NCBI GenBank assembly: GCA_004297315.1
Contig: SCTU01000205.1
Span: 1-37,386 of the forward strand
Reading direction: 5' to 3'
DNA: 37,386 nucleotides
Origin: Dehalococcoidia bacterium
GTDB lineage: Bacteria; Chloroflexota; Dehalococcoidia; UBA2979
This document shows, piece by piece, positions 8,799-16,907 of this stretch (position 1 is the stretch's first letter; the number at the start of each line of letters is the position of its first letter). Position numbers and translations under genes: made by a program. The notes beneath the pieces are model-generated. The model had not been told where the DNA came from. It saw only the letters and a program-made list of their open reading frames with translations, and did not search any database.

Positions 8799-9703
8799 CG
8801 GACTCTCCGCTTTCGTTGACCCGCCATCCGGACGAGTGCGGAGACCAGGTCGTCCTCGGTGGAGATGGCGAACGGGTCGACGCCTGCTCGCCGGAGGGTG
8901 GCGGCCAACCGCTCTTCGCGGGAGCGTGCCGCCTCCGCGAAGCGACGTCGCAAGACCGGGTCGCTTGAGTCCACAAGGACTTGCTCGCCGGTCTCAGAGT
9001 CCTCGAGCACCATGACACCAACGTCGGGGAACTCGACTTCGCGCGGGTCCCAGACCCGGATCGCGACCACGTCGTGGCGACGGCAGAGCAGTGACAGCGG
9101 ACGTTCCCAGCCCGGTTCGCTCAGAAAGTCCGAGACGAGGAAGACCATCGACCGACGCTTGATCGTGTTGAGCCCGGTCTGGATCAGCCCGTTCAAGTCG
9201 GTCGCCGTACGAGTACGTGCCGGGGGATTGAGCAGTTCACGCACCAGCCGCAGCACGTGCCGGCGTCCACCGCCGGGCGGGACGGTCCGCTCGACGACGT
9301 TGTTGTAGAGGATCGCCCCAACGCGGTTGCCACGGCGGGTGAACAGATGCGAGAGCGTCGTCACCAGGTCGACGAGCACGTGGCCTTTCGTGTGCTCATC
9401 CCGGCCGAACGCCATCGATGGCGACCGGTCGAGCAGCATCCACGCGGTCAGTTCGCGGTCCTCGAGGTACTCCCGGACATAGAGCGTGTGCATGCGCGCG
9501 GTGACGTTCCAGTCGATGTACCGCGCGTCATCCTCAGCCTGATACTCACGCAGGTCGGCGAAGTCCACACCCGCCCCGTAGAAGAGCGTGCGGTAGTCGC
9601 CCTGGAGCAAGCCGTCCAGCCGCCGGACGACCTGCCAGTCCAGCCGTCGGAGGACCTGCTCCGGCGTCGGCTCAGCGGCCGCTGGGGACGACATGCGCTC
9701 CAC
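8795..9703 (-). CDS. DUF58 domain protein (MoxR-operon partner)
   Basis: Motifs GDYRTLFYGAGVDFADLREYQAEDDARYIDWNVTAR are typical of DUF58. The start is either GTG 9703 or ATG 9694; both overlap the end of moxR. Confidence 0.85.
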   Translation of the reverse strand: MERMSSPAAAEPTPEQVLRRLDWQVVRRLDGLLQGDYRTLFYGAGVDFADLREYQAEDDARYIDWNVTARMHTLYVREYLEDRELTAWMLLDRSPSMAFGRDEHTKGHVLVDLVTTLSHLFTRRGNRVGAILYNNVVERTVPPGGGRRHVLRLVRELLNPPARTRTATDLNGLIQTGLNTIKRRSMVFLVSDFLSEPGWERPLSLLCRRHDVVAIRVWDPREVEFPDVGVMVLEDSETGEQVLVDSSDPVLRRRFAEAARSREERLAATLRRAGVDPFAISTEDDLVSALVRMAGQRKRRVR

Positions 9704-10694
9704 GCCTGCTTTCGATCAGGGATGCCTCAGGCAGCGGAATGCCCGGCAAGAGCTGCTCGATCACGCCATCAGCGCTGACGTTGGAGGCGAGCGCCTCGTA
9801 TGACAGCACGAGCCGGTGCCGGAGCACGTCGAACACGAGGTCGCGGACATCCTGTGGCAGCGCGTAGTCACGGCCGCGGATGAAGGCGAGGGCACGCCCT
9901 CCCAGGATCAGGTTGATCGACGCGCGCGGGCTGGCGCCGAACTCGATCAGGCGACGGAGGTCGCCCCGGCCTGCCGACTCCGGGTCACGCGTTGCCCGCG
10001 CCAGCCTGACCGCGTACTCCATCAATGCTGGGTCGACGTAGACAGCGTCTGCGGCCCGCTGGAACGCGAGCAACTGCTCGCCGTCGATGATCTGCTGCGT
10101 CGGCTCGAGCGAGCGTGTCATGCGCTCGACGATGACGAACTCCTCGGTCTGAGTGGGGTAGTCCACCAGGACCTTCAGCATGAAGCGGTCCTGCTGCGCC
10201 TCCGGGAGCGCGTACGTGCCCTCCGACTCGATCGGGTTCTGGGTCGCGAGGACGAGGAACGGGTTTGGCACGAGATGGGTCTCGCGGCCAATCGTTACGT
10301 GCCGTTCTTGCATCACTTCGAGCAGCGCGCTCTGCACCTTCGCCGGCGCGCGGTTGATCTCGTCCGCCAGCAGCAGGTTCGTGAACACCGGGCCCAGGGA
10401 GGTCTGGAACTCGCCCAGTTGCTGGTTGTAGATGCGGGTGCCCGTGAGGTCGGCGGGCACGAGGTCAGGTGTGAACTGCACCCGCCTGAAGTCGCCGCCG
10501 ACCGCCGCGGCCAACGTCTTGATCGCCAGCGTTTTGGCCAGGCCCGGCACGCCTTCGACCAGCACGTGGCCACGGGCAAGCAGGGCGACCAGAAGGCGTT
10601 CGAGGAGCGCGTCCTGCCCCACGATGACCTTCTTCATCTCGTACAGCACCTGCTCCATCGGCCGGTAGCTGTTCGACGGCGGTGCCACAGTCAT
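9672..10694 (-). CDS. MoxR-family AAA+ ATPase
   Basis: ORF 9672-10799. I prefer the ATG at 10694 (MTVAPPSNSYRPMEQV...), with GAGGAG upstream. Walker A is GVPGLAKT and Walker B is LLADEINRAP, followed by VLATQNPIE. Confidence 0.9.
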   Translation of the reverse strand: MTVAPPSNSYRPMEQVLYEMKKVIVGQDALLERLLVALLARGHVLVEGVPGLAKTLAIKTLAAAVGGDFRRVQFTPDLVPADLTGTRIYNQQLGEFQTSLGPVFTNLLLADEINRAPAKVQSALLEVMQERHVTIGRETHLVPNPFLVLATQNPIESEGTYALPEAQQDRFMLKVLVDYPTQTEEFVIVERMTRSLEPTQQIIDGEQLLAFQRAADAVYVDPALMEYAVRLARATRDPESAGRGDLRRLIEFGASPRASINLILGGRALAFIRGRDYALPQDVRDLVFDVLRHRLVLSYEALASNVSADGVIEQLLPGIPLPEASLIESRRGAHVVPSGR

Positions 10695-10713
10695 GACCTG
10701 CTCCTCTGATTCG

Positions 10714-11652
10714 TCATCGCTGCAGTCCGCCGGGGCCGCCTGTCCCGGCGAGCGGTACCGCGAACCCGATGCCGGTAAACGAGCGCTCGCTGGCGGCATT
10801 CGCGAGCGCGGTGACGATCCCGATGACCTGCCCGCGCCGGTTCAGGAGCGGACCGCCTGAGCTACCGGGGTTGACTGCGGCGTCGAACTGGATCAGGCCG
10901 GTCAGTTCGAGTGTGCCATGTCCGGGTGGGATCGTGCGGTTCAGGCCGGAGATCACCCCGGCACTGAGCGAGGCGGTGAGGCCAAGCGGGTTCCCGACCG
11001 CGTACGTCTCATCCCCCACCTGCATGCTCCCCGCGAGGACCGCGGGCACGATGAGTTCCGGCCCGGTGTCGGCGTGCAGGACGGCGAGGTCGTTCGGAAG
11101 GACATTGACGACTTCGGCCCTGGACTCGCTGCCGTCTGCGAACCTCACGGTGATAGTGCGTGCGCCGTCGATCACATGGTTCGCCGTGAGGATCATCCCG
11201 TCGGAGCGGACGATCACGCCGCTGCCGATCCCGGGACCGCGGTCGCCTTTCTCGTCGCCCTCCGTCTGGATGTAGACCAGCGATGGGAGGATAGTCTGGT
11301 ACACCTCGGTCGAATTCGGCGGGGCTTCCGCGGCACGCGCGATCGACGTCGCGACGGCCTCGCGGACGTCAGCCCGGGTGATCGGTGCTGGCTCAGGACG
11401 GAATCCTGCAAAGAGGAGGAGACCGGCCAGCGAGCCAAGGAGGCCGAGGGCGAGTGGCGCAAGCCATTTCCAGCCGATCCGGCGGCGTGCACCACGCTCA
11501 CCCGAATCGCTGCTGCGGCCTTGAGGAGTCACGGACGCGTGATGCGGCACGCTGCCGTGTCGCGTGGGCGATCGAGAGCTGCGTGATGCGGTAGAACACA
11601 CGAAAACGCCGGTGACATTGAGTCTCCGCTGCCGTGGTGGGACGGCGATCAT
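10714..11652 (-). CDS. Membrane-anchored trypsin-like serine protease (S1C/HtrA-like, no PDZ domain)
   Basis: Catalytic triad contexts are TANHVI, NDLAVL and GSSGGP. There is one TM segment (WLAPLALGLLGSLAGLLLFAGF). The stop lies 19 nt upstream of the moxR start. The true start is uncertain because the N-terminal tail is Arg/Ser-rich. Confidence 0.8.
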   Translation of the reverse strand: MIAVPPRQRRLNVTGVFVCSTASRSSRSPTRHGSVPHHASVTPQGRSSDSGERGARRRIGWKWLAPLALGLLGSLAGLLLFAGFRPEPAPITRADVREAVATSIARAAEAPPNSTEVYQTILPSLVYIQTEGDEKGDRGPGIGSGVIVRSDGMILTANHVIDGARTITVRFADGSESRAEVVNVLPNDLAVLHADTGPELIVPAVLAGSMQVGDETYAVGNPLGLTASLSAGVISGLNRTIPPGHGTLELTGLIQFDAAVNPGSSGGPLLNRRGQVIGIVTALANAASERSFTGIGFAVPLAGTGGPGGLQR

Positions 11653-11726
11653 AGCGCACGGGAACAGCCGTCGTGTCCGCCTCGGGCCGGTGCCGTTTCA
11701 GCCGCGTCACCGACTAGAAACCGGTC

Positions 11727-12944
11727 TCACGAAACAGGCGATGCGGCGCTCAGCAGAGGTAGGTGGACGATCACGCGTGTGCCGCCGTCCCCCGGAAAGT
11801 CGGCATCAAGGCGCCCGCCGTGCAGATCGACCAGTTCGCGGGAGATGAAGAGGCCCAGCCCCATCCCGGCAGCGTGGTTCGGCGTCGGAGCCTGGTAGAA
11901 GCGATCGAAGATCCGGTCGCGATACTCGGGCAGGACACCGATCCCATGGTCCCGCACGGCGACGCGGGCCTCGACACCGTCGTCGGCCACATCCACCTCG
12001 ATCGTCGCACCGCGAGGGCTGAACTTCACCGCGTTGTCGAGCAGATTGACCACGACCTGTTCGATGCGGACCGCATCGACCTCGGCGACGACAGGAGTGT
12101 CCGGCTCGCTCAGTACGAACTGAGACCCAGCGTTCAGGAGCTGCGTCGCCTCGAGCGCCGACCGCACGATCGCCCGCAAGTCGGCGGGCCGGCGGTCGAG
12201 CTTCAGGCGCCGCTCGACCAGGCGTGACCCGTCCAGCAGGTCGTTGATGAGACGCGCTGCTTTCGATGTCTGGTCGTCCATCAACGTGAAGAAGTGCTCG
12301 AGCTCCGCGTCATCGTCCAGCTGCCCCGCCCGCAGACGGCGGAGGGCAAGCTGGCTCGCTGCCTTCAGGGCCGTGACCGGCGTCCGCAACTCGTGGTTGG
12401 CAATCGAGAGGAACTCGTCCCGCTCACGGACGGCAGCCTCGGCCTGCTCACGCGCGGACTGCTCTTCGAGGAGGCGCCGTCGGTCTCGCTCGGCGGCCTC
12501 ACGGGCAGTCATGTCGCGGACCGCGCAAATAATGTGGACATCTTGACCGGAGCGGACCGGGCTAAGACTGATGTCGGCAGGGAACTCCGAGCCGTCTTTC
12601 CGCCGCCCGACGAGCGCCATCGCTCCGAGGGGTCGCCGGACGGGATGTTCCCGGAATTTTGCGCGGAGCATCCCATGACGTGACCGCGCGTGTGTCGGGA
12701 CAAGGGAGTCGACCGGCGCGCCGATGAGCTCGGACGGCCCGAAGCCGAAGAGTTCATGCGCGTGCGCGTTGGCTGCCAGGATGGTGCCTCCGTCGTCGAC
12801 CACGATCATCGCGTCCGGGACGACCTCGATGATCGTGCCCAGCCACTCCCCGGTCGCCCCCGCGGGCAGGTCGACGGCCGCGAAGACAGCCTCGCCGTCC
12901 CGATGTCCGGCGGGCTCCGAGGCACCTTCGGTCGAATGCGGCAT
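11727..12944 (-). CDS. Cytoplasmic PAS-domain sensor histidine kinase (orphan)
   Basis: PAS region (VVPDAMIVVDDGGTILAANAHAHELFG...GSEFPADISLSPV), H-box SIANHELRTPVTAL, N-box NLLDNAVKF, G-boxes DHGIGV and GMGLGL. There are no TM segments and no adjacent response regulator. Confidence 0.85.
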   Translation of the reverse strand: MPHSTEGASEPAGHRDGEAVFAAVDLPAGATGEWLGTIIEVVPDAMIVVDDGGTILAANAHAHELFGFGPSELIGAPVDSLVPTHARSRHGMLRAKFREHPVRRPLGAMALVGRRKDGSEFPADISLSPVRSGQDVHIICAVRDMTAREAAERDRRRLLEEQSAREQAEAAVRERDEFLSIANHELRTPVTALKAASQLALRRLRAGQLDDDAELEHFFTLMDDQTSKAARLINDLLDGSRLVERRLKLDRRPADLRAIVRSALEATQLLNAGSQFVLSEPDTPVVAEVDAVRIEQVVVNLLDNAVKFSPRGATIEVDVADDGVEARVAVRDHGIGVLPEYRDRIFDRFYQAPTPNHAAGMGLGLFISRELVDLHGGRLDADFPGDGGTRVIVHLPLLSAASPVS

Positions 12945-13162
12945 GACTCGTTCCGTCCGGTCGTGTCAGCGCGAGAGCGCAATAGCACGTTTCCCTCGCG
13001 CGAATCAACAACGGTCTTGAGGAATCGTGCCTGAAGACCGCGGAATTTACCGGGTCTCCACTCGCGGCGCGACGTTTGCCTCGATCGGATAACTCGGCAC
13101 GGGCATGGAACGTTGACCGGCGAGGCTACACTCCCACCGGCGACGAGCTGTGGGAGGCCATC

Positions 13163-13687
13163 ATGACCGAGACGCACGGCTATGAATACGACGTCGTCAC
13201 ACGCATGACCAAGCGCGGCCTGACATTGGCGACGGCGGAGACGAGCGTGGGCGGTCTGATCGGCCACCTGATCACGAACGTGCCCGGAGCCTCCAAGGTA
13301 TTCATCGGCGGCGTCACCGGCTACGCGAGGCGCCCCAAGGTCGAGGTGATGCACGCCGACGCCGAGACGCTGCGCACGCACGGGGCGGAGTCCGAAGAGG
13401 CGGTACGTGCGATGGCCCGCGGCGTCCGCGAGGTGATGCAGACCGACGTCGTCATCGCCGAGTCCGGGTATGCCAACCCCACCCCTACCGCCGACCGCCC
13501 GGGCGGCCTCTACTTCATCGGAATTCTCGCAGACGGCGAGGACCGCGTCGGGCGATACGTGTTCCCCGGGGACCGCGAGGCGACGAAGGCCGCCGCCGCG
13601 CAGGAGGCGCTCCGGCTCGTGCTCGCGTACCTCGACCGGCTGGACCGCGAGGGTGTCCCGCCGGCCGCCGCGAAGGGTCACGCCTGA
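13163..13687 (+). CDS. CinA C-terminal domain protein / nicotinamide-nucleotide amidohydrolase (PncC-like)
   Basis: ORF 13076-13687. I prefer the ATG at 13163, with GGGAGG upstream. The motif LTLATAETSVGGLIGHL matches the CinA TAES-x-TGG signature. Length is about 174 aa. Confidence 0.8.
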   Translation: MTETHGYEYDVVTRMTKRGLTLATAETSVGGLIGHLITNVPGASKVFIGGVTGYARRPKVEVMHADAETLRTHGAESEEAVRAMARGVREVMQTDVVIAESGYANPTPTADRPGGLYFIGILADGEDRVGRYVFPGDREATKAAAAQEALRLVLAYLDRLDREGVPPAAAKGHA

Positions 13688-13870
13688 GGCGCGGCGCGAC
13701 TGCCTGAAGGATCCTGCGGCGTCATCGCGTGCGGGTGTGACGAGTTTCGTCCTGTGCGAGCCGCCGTCTGTCGTGCGCTGGAGTCCGCCGCGAGTCGTGG
13801 CGCCGAAGAACCTCAAGTGCGAGCGATGACGAGGCGGCCGAAACGCAGCGGACGCCTTCTCAGATCCGAT

Positions 13871-15307
13871 TCACTCCTTCAGCCGGTTCGGTGGCGCGGC
13901 GGGAGACTGCTCCGGCTCATGCAGTGAGCCAAACGCCCGCTGGACGACTTCGGGGAGCGCGGGATGTGCGTAGATGGCGCCGGTGATCGCCTCGACTTTC
14001 GCGCGCATCCGCATCGCGAGCGCTGCCTCCTGGATCAGGACGGTGGCGTCCGTGCCGACGATGTGACAGCCGAGGATTTCCCGGGTCTTCGCATCGGCCA
14101 GCGCCTTCACGAATCCGTCATGGTCCTCGACTGCCGCGCCAAAGGCCGTGTCGTCGTACCTGTACTCGCTCACCAGGTACGGCCGCCCTCGCTCGCGGGC
14201 GGCGCGCTCAGTCAAGCCGACGCTGGCCACCTGCGGTGACGAGAAGATCGCCTGGGGCATCGCGTTGTAATCGACCGCGATTTTTTCGTCGGGGTACAGG
14301 ATGTTGTGCGCTGCATACGCCGCCTCGAGGTTGGCGCTGTGCTTCAGCAGGTACTTCCCGACGATGTCACCCAACGCCCACACTCCAGGCACGTTCGTCT
14401 CGAGGTATTCGTCCGTGCGCACGAAGCCTTGGGCGTCGAGGGCGACGCCGCCGCGGTCCGTTGCGAGCACGTCGGTATTGGGCACGCGGCCCAACGCCAC
14501 CAGCAGCGCCTCCGCTGACAGGGTGTGATCGCCGTCGGGGCTGGAGACCTCGACCGCCACACTGTTCCCGTCGCGGCGGACGGAGCGCACGGCGCTATCG
14601 GTGAGCACGCGAACACGCCGCGAGTACACCTCAGTCAGCCGGTCTCCGACCGCGTCGTCCTCGCGGGACAGGAGGCGGTGGCCGCGCTGGACGACCGTGA
14701 CTTCCGTGCCGAGCGTGCCGAAAAAATGCGCGAACTCGACCGCCGTTGCACCACCGCCCAGCACAACCATTGAGCGCGGCTGACGCTCCAGGCGCATGGC
14801 ATCGTCCGAGGTGAGATAAGGCACCCCTGCCAAGCCCGGTATCTCCGGCACCTGGGGCCGGCTCCCGGCCGCGATGACGATGGTCTCGGCGTGGATGGTG
14901 GAATCGCCGACGGTGAGCACCTTCTTGTCGATGAACCGCGCGGCGTCCTTGAACACCGTGACATTTGGCGACTGACGGTTGCCCTGTTCGATCGCGCGGG
15001 CGTCGGTGTCCACGCTTTCGGAGACGCGCCGCACCATCGTCTCCCAGTCGATCCCACGGACTTGCACATCGATCCCAAAGTGGTGTGCACCGCGGATCTG
15101 CTCCATGAGGTCGGCGCTGTGGATCAGCATCTTGGACGGGATGCACCCGCGGTTGAGGCACGTGCCCCCGAAGGGTCCGACATCGATCACCGCGACGCGC
15201 CGCCCGTGATCGACGGCGGCCGACACCTCAAGTCCGGAACCTGAGCCCACAACGATTATGTCGAATTCTTGCAAGGCCCCTCCCAGACTGATGAATGGCG
15301 CCGGCAC
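13871..15307 (-). CDS. Class-I FAD-dependent pyridine nucleotide-disulfide oxidoreductase (dihydrolipoyl dehydrogenase / mycothione-glutathione reductase family)
   Basis: FAD fold IIVVGSGSG, redox-active disulfide GGTCLNRGCIPSK, NAD fold VLGGGATAVEFA, and C-terminal dimerisation His (YAHPALPE). The start is either GTG 15307 or TTG 15274 (MQEFDIIVVG, with GGGAGGGG just upstream). Substrate is not assignable. Confidence 0.8.
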   Translation of the reverse strand: MPAPFISLGGALQEFDIIVVGSGSGLEVSAAVDHGRRVAVIDVGPFGGTCLNRGCIPSKMLIHSADLMEQIRGAHHFGIDVQVRGIDWETMVRRVSESVDTDARAIEQGNRQSPNVTVFKDAARFIDKKVLTVGDSTIHAETIVIAAGSRPQVPEIPGLAGVPYLTSDDAMRLERQPRSMVVLGGGATAVEFAHFFGTLGTEVTVVQRGHRLLSREDDAVGDRLTEVYSRRVRVLTDSAVRSVRRDGNSVAVEVSSPDGDHTLSAEALLVALGRVPNTDVLATDRGGVALDAQGFVRTDEYLETNVPGVWALGDIVGKYLLKHSANLEAAYAAHNILYPDEKIAVDYNAMPQAIFSSPQVASVGLTERAARERGRPYLVSEYRYDDTAFGAAVEDHDGFVKALADAKTREILGCHIVGTDATVLIQEAALAMRMRAKVEAITGAIYAHPALPEVVQRAFGSLHEPEQSPAAPPNRLKE

Positions 15308-15310
15308 ACG

Positions 15311-15337
15311 GATGCCCCGGTCAGATACCGGGGCATC
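15311..15337 (-). terminator. Perfect 10-bp stem / 7-nt loop hairpin downstream of the small zinc-finger ORF
   Basis: GATGCCCCGG-tcagata-CCGGGGCATC, 21 nt after the stop at 15358 on the minus strand. No U-tract follows. It also lies just upstream of the reductase gene, so it could act as an attenuator rather than a full terminator. Confidence 0.4.
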
Positions 15338-15357
15338 CGTGCATGAGCCGCCTGCGG

Positions 15358-15453
15358 TTACTGCTCCCGGTGCTGCTCGCGGGTGTGCTTCTGCAACTCC
15401 TCCTGCGACGGGAACGTCCCTTCACATCTCTGGCACTTGTACTCGTCTGGCAT
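15358..15453 (-). CDS. 31-aa classical C2H2 zinc-finger protein (not in the ORF track)
   Basis: My translation is MPDEYKCQRCEGTFPSQEELQKHTREQHREQ*. AAGGAG lies 6 nt upstream of the ATG at 15453. It matches Y-x-C-x2-C-x3-F-x5-L-x2-H-x4-H exactly, and a strong hairpin follows. Confidence 0.6.
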   Translation of the reverse strand: MPDEYKCQRCEGTFPSQEELQKHTREQHREQ

Positions 15454-15628
15454 TCAGATCTCCTTCCATGCCGTAACTCCCGGTTTCCAAGGGAGCCTCA
15501 GAACCCCAGTGTCTCCGGCACGGTTGCGCCGCGAACGTGATCCACGTCACCCCCCGGCAAGCTGCCACAAAGTCGCAACGGGCACCGTCCTCCTGGTCAG
15601 ATGTCCGACCTCGGATCCTGGCCACTTC

Positions 15629-15644
15629 TGTGAGCTCGATCACG
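15629..15644. promoter_or_regulatory. CRP/FNR-type dyad TGTGA-N6-TCACG
   Basis: TGTGAGCTCGATCACG matches 9 of 10 bases of the TGTGA-N6-TCACA consensus. It lies 47 nt upstream of the crp-family GTG at 15691, in the divergent region shared with the small zinc-finger ORF. An extra TGTGA half-site is at 15648-15652. Confidence 0.4.
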
Positions 15645-15690
15645 TAGTGTGAAAGCCGCGCCTGTAGGCTCAGCACCGGAGGATGGCTCA

Positions 15691-16367
15691 GTGCATGACC
15701 AGGTGAAGCGCGCGCACCTCCGCGAGTCCGAGATCTTCAAGGACCTCACCACGCAAGAACTCCGTGAGGTCGAGACGATGTCGGCGATGACGACGTGCCA
15801 CCGCGGCCGGGTCTTCTTTGAGCCGGACCGTACTGGCGAAGTCCTCTTCATCCTAAGGTGGGGAGCGTCGCGCTCTACCGGATCACCGAGGACGGGCGGA
15901 AGCTTGTCACCGGTACCGTGCAGGCAGGGTCGATCTTCGGCGAGATGGCGATGCTGGGTCAGGCGATGGCTGATTCCTACGCCGAAGCGCTGGAGGACTG
16001 CACGCTCTGCGTCATGTCCCGCGAAGACGTCATCCGTCTCATCGGCCGCCATCCTTCGATCGCGGTGCGCATACTCGACCGCCTCGCAAGCCGGTTGCGG
16101 GAGGCGGAGGAACGCCTCGAAGACGTCGCCTACCGGCCGGTGCCTGCCCGCGTGGCGAATACCCTGCTGCGTCTCGAACAGCAGGGCGAGGTCCACCTAT
16201 CACACCAGGACCTGGCCGAGATCGACGGTACACACCGCGAGACCGTCACCCGGACCCTGAACCAGTTCCGCGCCGACGGCCTCGTCGACCTCGACCGCAT
16301 GGTCGTCCGCATTCGCGACCGGGCCGGACTCACCGCGATCGGCAACGAGACACGCGAGACCGCATAG
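15691..16367 (+). pseudogene. Crp/Fnr-family transcriptional regulator interrupted by a 1-nt frameshift near 15855-15863
   Basis: Frame 1 from GTG 15691 (GGAGGA 7 nt upstream) gives VHDQVKRAHLRESEIFKDLTTQELREVETMSAMTTCHRGRVFFEPDRTGEVLFIL. Frame 0 from 15858 gives GSVALYRITEDGRKLVTGTVQAGSIFGEMAMLG...SHQDLAEIDGTHRETVTRTLNQFRADGLV. Joined, these make about 225 aa, a normal Crp length. The junction is at the G-run CTAAGGTGGGGAGC. This may be a true pseudogene or an assembly error. Confidence 0.7.
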
Positions 16368-16566
16368 CACTCGCACATGCGCGGGGCGCCGCGGCACGGC
16401 GAAGTCCGCGACCGGCTGTTCTCGATGACTGCGACTGACCTCCCCAGGCAGGTGGTGCCCCCCGAGGTGATCGGCGTCACGGATGAGCCCGGAGCAGACT
16501 CGTACGGTCGGATCACGCCCCCCTGAGGGCGCGAATGGTGAACGAGCGCTGGAAGGGGATGACCAG

Positions 16567-16752
16567 ATGGCAGAACAGCATCGATGCGCGGCTTGCGCTG
16601 GTGTATTCGCGACGGCTGAGGCGCTGCAGGCTCATGCGAGCAGCGAGCATCCGAAGGTGCAACAGCTCTCTTGTGCCGCTTGCGGCGGCACCTTCGCCTC
16701 GCAAGAGGCGCTCCGTGCGCATGCGCGCGAATCGCACGTGGTGCGATCGTAG
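16567..16752 (+). CDS. 61-aa protein with two tandem classical C2H2 zinc fingers
   Basis: Track ORF 16483-16752. I prefer the ATG at 16567, with GGAAGGGGA upstream. The sequence is MAEQHRCAACAGVFATAEALQAHASSEHPKVQQLSCAACGGTFASQEALRAHARESHVVRS. Both fingers fit C-x2-C-x3-F-x5-L-x2-H-x4-H. Confidence 0.65.
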   Translation: MAEQHRCAACAGVFATAEALQAHASSEHPKVQQLSCAACGGTFASQEALRAHARESHVVRS

Positions 16753-16907
16753 GGAGGCGGGATCAGGGGAGGGCGGTACGTCCGGTCTTCCCTGATCGCC
16801 CCCCTCTCACGGGCGTACCCCGAGCCAAACGGCTCCGAACATGCCGCCGCATGTGTGGCCCAAGCGCCAACTGACGTGAGCAGCGGCAGAAGCGAGCCGA
16901 GGTGCCC

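Noticed and set aside
16377-16526. ORF of about 49 aa downstream of the crp-family gene.
   Set aside because: No SD, no motif, and Pro/Arg-rich composition.
16761-16797. Hairpin GATCAGGG-21 nt-CCCTGATC after the two-finger ORF, considered as a terminator.
   Set aside because: The stem is only 8 bp, the loop is large, and there is no U-tract. That is too weak to list as a feature.
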